This document shows positions 1 through 9,686 of a stretch of DNA of 64,000 bases, one piece after another. The notes under the pieces are model-generated. The model searched no databases. It was given only the letters and a program-made list of their open reading frames with translations, and was not told where the DNA came from. Within the stretch, counting starts at the first letter, position 1, and every line of letters starts with the position of its first letter. Source of the DNA: a virus (taxonomy: Duplodnaviria > Heunggongvirae > Uroviricota > Caudoviricetes). The translations under genes and the position numbers were made by a program. The DNA lies in the IMG/VR virus record IMGVR_UViG_3300046315_000035, one strand, 5' to 3'.

Positions 1-1
1 T

Positions 2-424
2 TCTGTAAATCAAACTGCTCCTAGTATAAACACTCCACATAACGTGCATTTTCAAAATACAGATATTGCAAGTGGAATAAGAATAGTAGATCAAAATAAA
101 ATAACTATAGATAATGCAGGTCTTTATTCTTTTGATTTTAGGTTGCAGTTAACATCTTCAAATTCCTCCCAAAAAGAAATATACATTTGGGCTAGAAAAA
201 ATGGAGTAGATGTTCCACGAAGTACTTCAAAAGTTACTTTGTCAGGTAATGGAGTTGAGTTAGTACCATCTTGGAGTTTTTCACTTAGTATGCAAATTGG
301 TGACTATTTTGAATTAATGTATGCTGTAAGTGATTTGGCTATTACAATAAACGCTCCCAATGGTGTATCTTTTGCACCGTCTACACCTTCTGCTACGTTA
401 CGTGTAAGTCAGATTAACTTATAA
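2..424 (+). CDS. tail fibre / receptor-binding protein, C-terminal part (5' end outside window)
   Basis: The reading frame is open from the window edge and the listed M at 44 is a GTG. It is Ser/Thr/Asn-rich and sits next to the tail-fibre genes. Confidence 0.45.
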   Translation, partial: SVNQTAPSINTPHNVHFQNTDIASGIRIVDQNKITIDNAGLYSFDFRLQLTSSNSSQKEIYIWARKNGVDVPRSTSKVTLSGNGVELVPSWSFSLSMQIGDYFELMYAVSDLAITINAPNGVSFAPSTPSATLRVSQINL

Positions 425-436
425 TAGGAATAATAA

Positions 437-793
437 ATGCAACCAGCACACATTGATTTGGAAGTCTACAAAGGTTCAACTTTTGTAAAAATTATCCAAT
501 GGAAAACAGGCATTCCAACAGCAGCGGTTAATCTTACTGGTTGTACTGCTAGAATGCAAATTAGAAAAGCTGTAAACGATACTGCAGTTTTAGATACTCT
601 TACTACAGAGAACGGTAAAATTGTAATTCACGAACCTTTAAATGGTAAGTTTAAAATTGTAATTCCAGCGACTACCTCTACTTCTTATACTTTCACAAGT
701 GCAGTATATGACTTAGAGATTATTTTTGCTGATCAAACAGTTACCAGAGTAATTGAAGGTTGTTTAACTGCAGCACCAGAGGTGACACGATGA
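437..793 (+). CDS. hypothetical protein in tail-fibre cluster
   Basis: ATG preceded by AGGAA; no recognisable motif. Confidence 0.45.
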   Translation: MQPAHIDLEVYKGSTFVKIIQWKTGIPTAAVNLTGCTARMQIRKAVNDTAVLDTLTTENGKIVIHEPLNGKFKIVIPATTSTSYTFTSAVYDLEIIFADQTVTRVIEGCLTAAPEVTR

Positions 794-1068
794 CAACAAA
801 CGTTATTGTAGAAACACAGTATGACACAATAATTGTAGATGATTCACAAGATACTATTCTAGTTGAAACTCCCGGTGAAGTTACAGTAATTACTTCTGCA
901 GAACAAGGACCACCCGGACCTGCTGGTATTCAAAATATTAGCGATGCTTCTGATGTAGATTCTTCAAATAAGATCAATGGTTCAGTATTAGTTTATTCTA
1001 GTCAAAATCAAAAATGGGTTGCAACTACCCAACTCGAAAACCAGAATGTTGAATCTGGACATTATTAA
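790..1068 (+). CDS. hypothetical protein with collagen-like GPPGPAG motif
   Basis: ATG at 790 overlaps the upstream stop (ATGA). The product contains the short collagen-like motif GPPGPAG. Confidence 0.45.
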   Translation: MTTNVIVETQYDTIIVDDSQDTILVETPGEVTVITSAEQGPPGPAGIQNISDASDVDSSNKINGSVLVYSSQNQKWVATTQLENQNVESGHY

Positions 1069-1081
1069 TTAAGGAAAAATT

Positions 1082-3364
1082 ATGGCTTCTATTGTAAGAA
1101 TCAAACGTTCAGAAACTGGTGGTAATCCAGCTACACTTGGACAAGGTGAATTAGCTTACTCAGCATTACCGGATAACGGCTCAAACGGTGGTGATCGCTT
1201 ATACGTAGGCATGGGTACTGAAACTTCAGGTAATGCAGTTAACCACGTAGTCATCGGTGGTAAATACTTCACTGATAAATTAGATCACACTCCCGGTACT
1301 GTTACCCCTTCCTCTGCAATTATTGTAGACAGTAACGGTAAGATTGATAACCTCAAAGTAGACAATATTGAAATTGATGGTAATACGATCAGTTCAACAA
1401 ATGCAAATGGTAACGTAAACATTGCACCAAACGGTTCAGGTTCCGTTGTTCTAGATGGTCAGTCTTGGCCTCAAACATCCGGTTCTACTGGACAGTATCT
1501 AAAGACAGATGGTTCTGGTCAAACTGCATGGAGTACACTACCTCCTAGTGATTTTACTATTCAAGGTGATTCAGGTAGCGATTTATTCAGTACTGGTGAT
1601 ACGCTTATCTTTTCAGGTACAGACGCAATTGATACTGTAGTAACTGATAATGAAGTTACAATCTCTGTAAAAGATGCAAGTAATACTCAAAAGGGTGTTG
1701 CAAGTTTTAACACTACAGACTTCTCTGTAACAGGTGGTGCTGTAAGTATCAATCACGAAGCTATTCAAGATTTAGTCGGTGGAATGCTCAGTTCTAACGT
1801 AGAAACTGGTATTGCTGTTACTTATGATGATACAAATGGTAAGATTGATTTTGCAGTAAATAACCCTGTAATTACTATTTCTGGTGACGTAGACGGTACT
1901 GCTACGATGACCAACTTGGGTAACACAACCATTGCTGTTACACTAGACACAGTTAACGCAAACACTGGTAGCTTTGGTTCTTCAAGTTCAGTTCCAGTTA
2001 TTACTGTAAATGCTAAAGGTTTAGTTACTGCTGTATCAACCGCAGGTATCTCAACTTCATTTACAATCGCTGCAGATTCTGGTACTCCTGATGTATTTAA
2101 TAACGGTGAAACGTTATCTATTGTGGGTGGTGAAGGTATTGATACTACTGTCAGTGGTTCAACTAATACAATTACAATTTCTGCTGAAAATGCATCAGAT
2201 ACTAATAAAGGTGTAGCTACTTTTAATGCAGCTAACTTCTTAGTAACTTCTGGTGATGTTGTCATCAAAGATGCAGGTGTTACAAATGCAAAGTTGGTAA
2301 ACTCCAGTGTAACCGTAGGCACTTCTAACGTAGCACTTGGTGCAACGATTACTTCCTTAGCTGGTTTAACCGAAGTTCAAGTTGATAATTTAAACCTCAA
2401 TGGTAACTCTTTAACTGCAACCGATGTAAACGGTAGCATAGTGCTTGTTCCTAATGGTAACGGTGTAGTTGATGTTTCAGATTCTCGTATTACTGGTGTT
2501 GCTGAACCTGTCAATGCAACAGACGCAGCTAACAAAGCTTACGTAGATAATGCTGTTACTGGTCTAAGTTTTAAAGAAGCTGTTAATCTTTTTGCTAATA
2601 CAAATATTGCACTAACAGGTAGCACTTCAACATTAGTTATTGATGGTCATTCTGCTTTAGATCAAACTGACAATGGTTATCGCATTTTACTTACTGCACA
2701 AACAACAAGTTCTCAAAATGGTATTTATGTTTACGCTGATAATGGCACAACTTATACATTATCACGTACTGCTGATGCTGATGCTTACACTGAACTCGAT
2801 GGTGCTTCAGTATTCGTTGTAGAAGGTGCTACATATGCCAATACAGGTTGGGTACAAACTAACCACTATCTAACTAGCTTTGCAGGTCAGACTTGGGTTC
2901 AATTCTCAGGTTCTGGTGCATATGTAGCTGGTGAAGGTTTAACACTAACTGGTACAACTTTCGATGTAGGTGCTGGTGCTGGTATTAGCGTAACTGCTAA
3001 CGCTGTGGCTCTTGCTGATTCAGTTGCAGGTGCAGGTCTTACATTTAATGCAGGTGTAGTAAACGCAGTTGGTACTTCAAATAGAATCAGTGTAAGCGCA
3101 GATGCAATCGACATTGCTTCTACATATGTAGGTCAAACAAGTATTACTACATTGGGTACAGTTTCAACAGGTACATGGTCTGCTAATACAATTGCTACTA
3201 CCAAGGGTGGTACAGGCTTGACAACTTATGCAACTGGTGATATACTGTATGCTAACGGTTCAAATAGTTTAGCTAAATTGACTATTGGAACCAGTGGTAA
3301 AGTATTACAAGTAAACGGTAGCGGTGTTCCAGTTTGGGCCGATATTGATGGTGGTACTTACTAA
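1082..3364 (+). CDS. tail fibre protein (760 aa)
   Basis: RBS AAGGAA. Long Gly/Thr/Ser/Asn-rich beta-type sequence with an internal duplicated segment (SNTQKGVASFNTTDFSVTGG / SDTNKGVATFNAANFLVTSG). Confidence 0.7.
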   Translation: MASIVRIKRSETGGNPATLGQGELAYSALPDNGSNGGDRLYVGMGTETSGNAVNHVVIGGKYFTDKLDHTPGTVTPSSAIIVDSNGKIDNLKVDNIEIDGNTISSTNANGNVNIAPNGSGSVVLDGQSWPQTSGSTGQYLKTDGSGQTAWSTLPPSDFTIQGDSGSDLFSTGDTLIFSGTDAIDTVVTDNEVTISVKDASNTQKGVASFNTTDFSVTGGAVSINHEAIQDLVGGMLSSNVETGIAVTYDDTNGKIDFAVNNPVITISGDVDGTATMTNLGNTTIAVTLDTVNANTGSFGSSSSVPVITVNAKGLVTAVSTAGISTSFTIAADSGTPDVFNNGETLSIVGGEGIDTTVSGSTNTITISAENASDTNKGVATFNAANFLVTSGDVVIKDAGVTNAKLVNSSVTVGTSNVALGATITSLAGLTEVQVDNLNLNGNSLTATDVNGSIVLVPNGNGVVDVSDSRITGVAEPVNATDAANKAYVDNAVTGLSFKEAVNLFANTNIALTGSTSTLVIDGHSALDQTDNGYRILLTAQTTSSQNGIYVYADNGTTYTLSRTADADAYTELDGASVFVVEGATYANTGWVQTNHYLTSFAGQTWVQFSGSGAYVAGEGLTLTGTTFDVGAGAGISVTANAVALADSVAGAGLTFNAGVVNAVGTSNRISVSADAIDIASTYVGQTSITTLGTVSTGTWSANTIATTKGGTGLTTYATGDILYANGSNSLAKLTIGTSGKVLQVNGSGVPVWADIDGGTY

Positions 3365-3380
3365 TCAGTTAGTGATCAAT

Positions 3381-3408
3381 GGGCGGTTTTTACCGCCCTT
3401 TTCTTTTC
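3381..3408 (+). terminator. rho-independent terminator
   Basis: Stem gggcggt / accgccc (7 bp) with a tttt loop, followed by ttttcttttc. Confidence 0.6.
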
Positions 3409-3427
3409 CCTTTGTTAAGGATTGCAC

Positions 3428-4633
3428 ATGGCAAGTAAGATTATATTAAAGAAGTCATCGGTAGCTGCTAAAGCTCCTGTAGCTGGTGATTTAGATTTTG
3501 GCGAATTAGCTATTAACTATACAGACAGTAAGTTATATTTTAAGAAAGCTGATGGTTCAATTGACGCTTTTTCAAGTGCAGCAGCTTCTGCTCCTGTTAG
3601 TTCAGTAGCTGGTTACACAGGTGCTGTAACTGCAACAAATTTACTAGACGCAATTAAAACTGTAGATGGTGCAGGTAGCGGTTTAGACGCAGATACTTTA
3701 GATGGTTTATCTTCAGCTTCTTTTTACTTAGCAAGCAACCCTAACGGTTATACAAGTAATTTAGGTACAGTAACTAGCGTAGGTGCTACATCTCCTGTTG
3801 TCTCTTCTGGTGGCACTACTCCTACGATCTCTATGCCAGCGGCTACTGCTAGTGCAAACGGTTATATGACTGCTGCATATGCGAGTAAATTAGATGGTGT
3901 TGCTGCAGGTGCTACAAACGTAACCAATACCAATCAGTTAACTAACGGCGCAGGGTATATTACTAGTACTGGCTCTATCAGTGGTAATGCTGCTACTTCT
4001 TCACAAAGTTATCAAAACACCAATCCTACTTCTAGTACTTATCGTATTTTACTTGGTAATGGTACTAATAGTAACGGACCAGTCTATAATTATTCAGCTT
4101 TATATTGGAATAATGCTACCGCTACTATTGAGGGTGCAAACATTAGTGGTAATGCGGTAACTGTGACACACCCTTTTCCATCGGGAACCAGACTCCCTTT
4201 TGCTCAAGCAAGTGCTCCTGTAGGTTGGGTACAAGATACTAGTGACAACGCAAATAATCGTATGTTAAGGGTTGTAAATACTGCAGGAAACGGTGTTGGA
4301 GGTTCTAGTGATCCTATTCTGAATAATGTTGTACCATCACACACGCATGGATTCTCAACAGGCACTCAATCAGCAAACCATAACCACGGAATTTCAGACC
4401 CAACACACCGACATGATATTCGTTTACACTGGACAGCCGCTAGTGCTCCCGGTCAACTTTCTGGTCGTGAAAACAACTTTGCTGCGACAAGGGTGTCAGA
4501 GTATGCTTCAACTGGTATTTCCACCGGAACAAATAGTGTAAGTCACACACACTCTGGTACAACGGATAATGGATCAAGTCAAACAAGTTGGACACCAAGA
4601 TATATTAACATGATTATTTGTACGAAAGGTTAA
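3428..4633 (+). CDS. tail fibre protein with His-rich (HxH) C-terminal tip
   Basis: ATG at 3428. Gly/Thr/Ser-rich body; the C-terminus carries HTHGF, NHNHG, THRHD and SHTHSG motifs resembling the metal-binding HxH motifs of T4 fibre tips. Confidence 0.6.
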   Translation: MASKIILKKSSVAAKAPVAGDLDFGELAINYTDSKLYFKKADGSIDAFSSAAASAPVSSVAGYTGAVTATNLLDAIKTVDGAGSGLDADTLDGLSSASFYLASNPNGYTSNLGTVTSVGATSPVVSSGGTTPTISMPAATASANGYMTAAYASKLDGVAAGATNVTNTNQLTNGAGYITSTGSISGNAATSSQSYQNTNPTSSTYRILLGNGTNSNGPVYNYSALYWNNATATIEGANISGNAVTVTHPFPSGTRLPFAQASAPVGWVQDTSDNANNRMLRVVNTAGNGVGGSSDPILNNVVPSHTHGFSTGTQSANHNHGISDPTHRHDIRLHWTAASAPGQLSGRENNFAATRVSEYASTGISTGTNSVSHTHSGTTDNGSSQTSWTPRYINMIICTKG

Positions 4634-4636
4634 ACA

Positions 4637-4882
4637 ATGACAAATCAACAAACGGTTAAGGGTTACCAGTGGGGAGATGATTTATCTTATATTGGAGAAT
4701 ACGAGTTTCCTATTCCTCCTAATGGTGTTCCACATTTACCACCAAAAACAACATTAGTACCTCCACCTGAAGTTCCCGATGGTTACGAGGCAGCAATTGA
4801 TTTGGACTCTGGTAAATGGATAATCAGACCAGAAGATTTATCTTGGATGACCAATCCAAAAAATCTAGCACCGGGAGTTTGA
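4637..4882 (+). CDS. hypothetical Pro-rich protein
   Basis: ATG with AAAGG RBS; no recognisable domain. Confidence 0.4.
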   Translation: MTNQQTVKGYQWGDDLSYIGEYEFPIPPNGVPHLPPKTTLVPPPEVPDGYEAAIDLDSGKWIIRPEDLSWMTNPKNLAPGV

Positions 4883-4883
4883 T

Positions 4884-5189
4884 ATGGATATTAAAGCTAA
4901 ATTAAGTTGTCCTCTGGGCTCAAAATGTGAAGAAATTAAAGATAACACCATGTATCGTTGTGCTTGGTTTATCCAATTGGCGGGTACTAATCCAAACACA
5001 GGTGAATCTGTAGATGAGAGAGGTTGTGCAATGGCGTGGATTCCAATTCTTACGATAGAAAATTCAGCTCAACAACGTAGCACTGCATCTGCAATTGAAT
5101 CTTTTAGAAATGAAGTAGTTGCAACTTCTTCTGTACCAATTCTGTTTACAAATTATCCTAAAATAAATACACCAATTATTAATAACTAA
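4884..5189 (+). CDS. hypothetical protein
   Basis: ORF tightly packed between its neighbours. Confidence 0.4.
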   Translation: MDIKAKLSCPLGSKCEEIKDNTMYRCAWFIQLAGTNPNTGESVDERGCAMAWIPILTIENSAQQRSTASAIESFRNEVVATSSVPILFTNYPKINTPIINN

Positions 5190-5191
5190 CT

Positions 5192-6679
5192 ATGAAAAAA
5201 ATAGCCATTGTTGGAGGTGGTACAGCAGGTTGGATGGCAGCCTTGTTGTTACAAAAACGCCACCCTGAAAAAGATATCATGTTGATCGAAAGCTCTGAGA
5301 TAGGTATACTTGGAGCAGGAGAAGGTACAACTCCGCATTTTTTTGATTTTCTTAGAGATGTGGATATTGCTGTTGAAGAGTTGATTAAAAATTGCGGAGC
5401 TACTTTTAAATTGGGTATTTCATTTGAAAACTGGAGCGATACTCCACAAAAATACACTCACAGTTTTTTAAACGCCCCCTCTTTGTGTTTACTGGATGCT
5501 CGTTGGACGCATCTGGTTCAAGATGAAATATCTAACAAGCGAAATTTGGATGAGTTAAATTTCAATGCAAAATGTATAAGTGAAAGAAAGCTACCACTTA
5601 TCTATGGAAATTATCCTGATGCTAAAAAATCATCTGAAGCTTACGATGAACTTGGTGTTTTTGGTTTGCATTTTAATGCTCAACTTTTAGCTACTGAGTT
5701 AAGAAAAGTTGCTGTCTCTCGTGGTGTAAAAAGAATTGATACAAAAGTTACTGGTTTTATCCAAGATGAACAAGGAAATGTGATATTTATAAAGACATCT
5801 GATTTTGATATCCCTGTTGACTTTGTTTTTGATTGTACAGGTTTTTCTAGAATGATTATCGGAAAGTTATATAATACACCTTGGAACAGTTATAGTGATT
5901 TTTTACCAATGAAAAGTGCAATTCCGTTTTTTATTAAGCACGATGATAATATAGAACCTTGCACAAAAGCTGTAGCAATGAAACATGGATGGGTTTGGCA
6001 AATACCTGTACAGGGGCGATATGGCATGGGTTATGTGTTCGATTCTGATTACATTACTGCAGATCAAGCTTTGCAAGAGGTTCGTCAAGTGTATGGTGAG
6101 AATGTAGAGTCAACAAGAGAGTTTAAATTTTCAGCGGGTTGTTTTACAGAAACATGTGTAAATAATGTTGTTGCTGCTGGTATATCTCAAGGATTTGTAG
6201 AACCATTAGAAGCAACATCTCTTTGGGTAACATATCTAACGATAAAAGATGCCCTTGATGAAAAAATTATTGACACCCCATCAAGCGAAGCCACTGATAG
6301 AATTAATATAAACTTTAGACAAAGAACAGACGAAATTGCAAATTTTATTTACGCGCATTATTTGACTAACCGTAAAGATTCTCTATTTTGGACTGAATTT
6401 GAAAAGAAAAATAAACCACCAGAAAAGTTTCAGCAATTTGTGGATGAAATTCGCAAGGATGTAACTTTGGCAGATTCATCCTTAACTTTTGGAGCTTATA
6501 GTTGGATGCTTGTTTTACAAGGTATTGGTAAAAAAATAAACATACCTTCTAATAATCAGGCACTAACCTCTGTAACAAAAAATATGTTTGTTGAAAATCA
6601 AGCTAGAATTTTGCAACAATGTTTGCCTCATGATCAGGTGCTAAGAGATTTTGGTGCTAAACTTTCCAGCTTCAATTAA
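5192..6679 (+). CDS. FAD-dependent halogenase (tryptophan-halogenase family)
   Basis: N-terminal IAIVGGGTAGWMAALLL matches the GGGTAGW signature of PrnA/RebH-type halogenases. The internal HGWVWQIPV matches their WxWxIP motif. Confidence 0.75.
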   Translation: MKKIAIVGGGTAGWMAALLLQKRHPEKDIMLIESSEIGILGAGEGTTPHFFDFLRDVDIAVEELIKNCGATFKLGISFENWSDTPQKYTHSFLNAPSLCLLDARWTHLVQDEISNKRNLDELNFNAKCISERKLPLIYGNYPDAKKSSEAYDELGVFGLHFNAQLLATELRKVAVSRGVKRIDTKVTGFIQDEQGNVIFIKTSDFDIPVDFVFDCTGFSRMIIGKLYNTPWNSYSDFLPMKSAIPFFIKHDDNIEPCTKAVAMKHGWVWQIPVQGRYGMGYVFDSDYITADQALQEVRQVYGENVESTREFKFSAGCFTETCVNNVVAAGISQGFVEPLEATSLWVTYLTIKDALDEKIIDTPSSEATDRININFRQRTDEIANFIYAHYLTNRKDSLFWTEFEKKNKPPEKFQQFVDEIRKDVTLADSSLTFGAYSWMLVLQGIGKKINIPSNNQALTSVTKNMFVENQARILQQCLPHDQVLRDFGAKLSSFN

Positions 6680-6685
6680 TAATTT

Positions 6686-7111
6686 ATGAAAGGTCATAAT
6701 ATGAAATTTATGATTAATGTACCAGATGGTATGGTGGCGATAGATGGTAAAAAAACATCTGAAGTATCAATGGAAGGTATTCACCCTAACATACTTAAAA
6801 TCCATTGGTATGGTTCTTTCGGTGATGAGCATTTTTCAGACAACGATACGGTTAAAGTCCGTAGATTTTTTGATATAACACCTTATATTCCAATTCTAGA
6901 AACTGCAGAAGAATTAATTACAGAGGAACTAAACGCAAGTGAACCCGTCATTACTTATGTAGAATTAAGGGCTGCAGAATATCCCGATGTTAGAGATTAC
7001 TTAGATGGAATTGTTAAGGGAGATCAGATGCAAATTGATGCTTATATCGAAAAATGTCGTCAGATAAAACTTAAATATCCTAAACCAGAATCAAAGTTGA
7101 TTGACATCTGA
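6686..7111 (+). CDS. hypothetical protein (start may be ATG 6701)
   Basis: Lies 6 nt downstream of the halogenase gene; no recognisable motif. Confidence 0.45.
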   Translation: MKGHNMKFMINVPDGMVAIDGKKTSEVSMEGIHPNILKIHWYGSFGDEHFSDNDTVKVRRFFDITPYIPILETAEELITEELNASEPVITYVELRAAEYPDVRDYLDGIVKGDQMQIDAYIEKCRQIKLKYPKPESKLIDI

Positions 7112-7233
7112 CAACTAAGCAATACTTTAAATCAAATACATATGTGAATAACTCATTCTTGAATATTTAAAGGTTCAATAACTATTGTTCCCTTTAGAAA
7201 AATATACTTTATACCAACTTTTTATTATTGTAC

Positions 7234-7262
7234 TTGATTTTCTAATAATCTTATGGTATAAT
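7234..7262 (+). promoter_or_regulatory. sigma70-like promoter, TTGATT-17-TGgTATAAT
   Basis: -35 TTGATT at 7234-7239, a 17-bp spacer, and an extended -10 TGGTATAAT at 7254-7262. Confidence 0.5.
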
Positions 7263-7293
7263 TATGTTTATACTGCACTAAATAAGGATGAGC

Positions 7294-8088
7294 ATGGAAA
7301 CAATTAATAAAGCTAAAAGTTTTGCTCCCACAGATGCAATGCGAAATAATGCTAGAAGAGGTTTAGCACTACGAGAGAAATACAATCGTGGTGGACTAGA
7401 TGCTTCACAAGCTAAATCAGAAGGTGTAGGTTCCGGTGTAGCTAGAGCAAGAGATATCATTAATGGTAATCTGAGCTTAGATACAGTCAAGCGAATGTAT
7501 GCTTTCTTTAGTAGACACGAAAAGAATTACAATCCTAAGAAGAAAATGCCTGATGGTGGACCTACTGCTGGTACTATCGCTTGGTTACTTTGGGGTGGTT
7601 CTGCTGGTTTAGCTTTTGCTAGACGAGTCTTAAAACAAGAAGACATTCTAAAGAGCTATATTAAAGAGATTACCGATACTGAAGTTAATTCAGAGGATAT
7701 CTTACCGGGAGTTAAACTACCCGTTACAAAAGCAGTTGATGAAGAATTAAAGCAAGCTACTTTTATCGTAATGGTTCCAGAAGAAGTTGATGCACACGGT
7801 GATGTAACCAGTGAAGCTGAAGTTCGTAAGGCTTGCCATAACTTTAATAAATACAGCATGAAAGCTAATCTATTTCACTTAGTTGAAACCGATACTTTTG
7901 AGTTCTGTGAAAGCTACTGCTGCCCTAGCGATTTTGTGCTAGGTGATAAATTTGTAAAAAAGGGTACTTGGTTAGCAACTATTCAATCCTTAGATGATAA
8001 TCTTTGGGAATTAATCAAGTCTGGTGAAATCAATGGTTTGAGTATTGGTGCGTTAGCATCTGTCGAATCAATCGAAGAGGATGAATAA
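7294..8088 (+). CDS. hypothetical head-module protein
   Basis: First gene after the promoter, upstream of the scaffold, decoration and capsid genes. Start set at ATG 7294 because its SD spacing is better than for ATG 7288. Confidence 0.4.
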   Translation: METINKAKSFAPTDAMRNNARRGLALREKYNRGGLDASQAKSEGVGSGVARARDIINGNLSLDTVKRMYAFFSRHEKNYNPKKKMPDGGPTAGTIAWLLWGGSAGLAFARRVLKQEDILKSYIKEITDTEVNSEDILPGVKLPVTKAVDEELKQATFIVMVPEEVDAHGDVTSEAEVRKACHNFNKYSMKANLFHLVETDTFEFCESYCCPSDFVLGDKFVKKGTWLATIQSLDDNLWELIKSGEINGLSIGALASVESIEEDE

Positions 8089-9317
8089 TGGCAACACAAC
8101 GAAAAGCTAAAAGAAAGCTATCTGATATCAGTTTTGAAAAAGATGGTGCTCACGTAGCTCTTACATCTAAGTCTCAAGGTGGTCCTGCTAATACACACGA
8201 TTATGCACTCGTACTAAAAGCTAATAAGTTTAGCGAAGAGTTTGTACAAAAGATGCAACAAGTTCGTGTAACTATGGAACTACCTGATTTTCTACGTAAG
8301 TTCTTCTCAGTATATTACGAAGATGCAGAAGTTCTAGCTCGTATGATGGGTTATGAGAAGCCTGAGCCAGAAGTACAGGAAGTCGAAGCACCTAAAGATT
8401 ACTACGAAGATTACATTCAATCTAAGTTAGAAGCTTTTGAAGTTTTAAAATCTGCTAATGATGCAGAAGCTCTTTCTGAAGTTCTGTCTGAGTTAGATGA
8501 AACAGAATACCTTGCAATGCTCAATGATCAAGCTCTGATTGAAAAAGCATTTGAAGAACTAGAAAAAGCATATAAGCCTAAAGTTGGTGACATTGTAGCA
8601 TGGAATTCCAGCGGCGGTAAGGCAACAGGCAAAGTTACCAAGATCGTAACTGATGGTAAAATGCAAGTTCCCGACACAGAATTTACTTTGAATGGCACTG
8701 AACAAAATCCTGCCGTTATGATTAAGTTATACAGAGATGGTGAACCTACTGATACAATGGTTGGTCACAAAGCGGGTACTCTTAGTAAAGTACAAAAGTC
8801 TCTAACACAAGAATCTGAACCTGCTGCTCTTGCAGACGGTAATGATACCTCAACAAACGCTGGCGTTGAGAATATTGAAGGGGTGTCTACCTCTGTTAAC
8901 AAAGAAGAATTGGAGAAATCTAAGATGGAAGACGAAGTAAAAGTCGAAACCGTTGAGAAAGCTCAGTTTGAACTTGTGCAAAAAGCTCTAGACGAGCAAA
9001 AGGTACAACTACAAAAAGCTCTCGAAACAATCGCTGCATTTGAAGCTGCTCAAAAAGAAGCTATCAATAAAGCAAAAACTGAAAAAGTTAAAGCTATCGT
9101 GAAAGACGAAAGCAAGGTAGAAGCAATCGCTAAGGCTGCTCTATCACTAGAATCCGAAGATGATTTTACTGCCTTCCTAGATGCTATGCAATCTATGGTA
9201 GCAACTGTAGATGCATCTGAGATGTTCGTAGAAAAGGGTGCTTCTACTCAAGAAGAACCTGCTGTTAAAGAATCTGCTGTGGCAAAATTACTTAAAGCCA
9301 AGCAAGTAACTAAGTAA
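8088..9317 (+). CDS. head scaffolding-like protein
   Basis: Acidic, Glu/Lys/Ala-rich, predicted coiled-coil protein located immediately before the decoration and major capsid genes. Confidence 0.5.
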   Translation: MATQRKAKRKLSDISFEKDGAHVALTSKSQGGPANTHDYALVLKANKFSEEFVQKMQQVRVTMELPDFLRKFFSVYYEDAEVLARMMGYEKPEPEVQEVEAPKDYYEDYIQSKLEAFEVLKSANDAEALSEVLSELDETEYLAMLNDQALIEKAFEELEKAYKPKVGDIVAWNSSGGKATGKVTKIVTDGKMQVPDTEFTLNGTEQNPAVMIKLYRDGEPTDTMVGHKAGTLSKVQKSLTQESEPAALADGNDTSTNAGVENIEGVSTSVNKEELEKSKMEDEVKVETVEKAQFELVQKALDEQKVQLQKALETIAAFEAAQKEAINKAKTEKVKAIVKDESKVEAIAKAALSLESEDDFTAFLDAMQSMVATVDASEMFVEKGASTQEEPAVKESAVAKLLKAKQVTK

Positions 9318-9334
9318 TATAAAAGGAAATTAAA

Positions 9335-9649
9335 ATGCCACTAATCGCAACAGAAGCAAAACGTCTTTCTAACGTTGTCAAACAAGAACTCTTCCCTGAA
9401 TCTGGCTACTGCCGTGCCGTTCTAACTGCTACTGGTACATTCGTTCCCGGTACTGTTATTGCTGATGCCGAAGATGTAGTTCTAGGTGTAGCTATGGAAG
9501 AAAAAACAGGTACTGGCGCTAACGTATTAGCTCTAGTACGTGGTCCAGCTATCGTATCTAAAGATGGTCTATTCGTAGGCGACCTAGTTGCTGCTGATGT
9601 ATACGCTGCTCTAGAAGCCAAAGGTATTCTCTGCAACGATGCAGTCTAA
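9335..9649 (+). CDS. head decoration protein (lambda gpD-like position and size)
   Basis: 104 aa, Gly/Ala/Val-rich, directly upstream of the major capsid gene; RBS AAAGGAA. Confidence 0.5.
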   Translation: MPLIATEAKRLSNVVKQELFPESGYCRAVLTATGTFVPGTVIADAEDVVLGVAMEEKTGTGANVLALVRGPAIVSKDGLFVGDLVAADVYAALEAKGILCNDAV

Positions 9650-9686
9650 TATCTAAATTACCGAACAATAAAATAAGGAAATTATA

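Noticed and set aside
1822-2322. Antisense ORFs inside large genes, including 1822-2322(-), 2899-3114(-), 16393-17061(-), 17818-18027(-), 18418-18825(-), 5179-5457(-), 9406-9636(-) and 13878-14081(-).
   Set aside because: They are shadow ORFs in Ala/Thr/Val-rich reverse frames of clearly coding genes, with no RBS.
7294-8088. Calling this gene a prohead protease or portal on the basis of its position before the scaffold gene.
   Set aside because: No protease (Ser/His) or portal features are recognisable by eye, so it is left as hypothetical.
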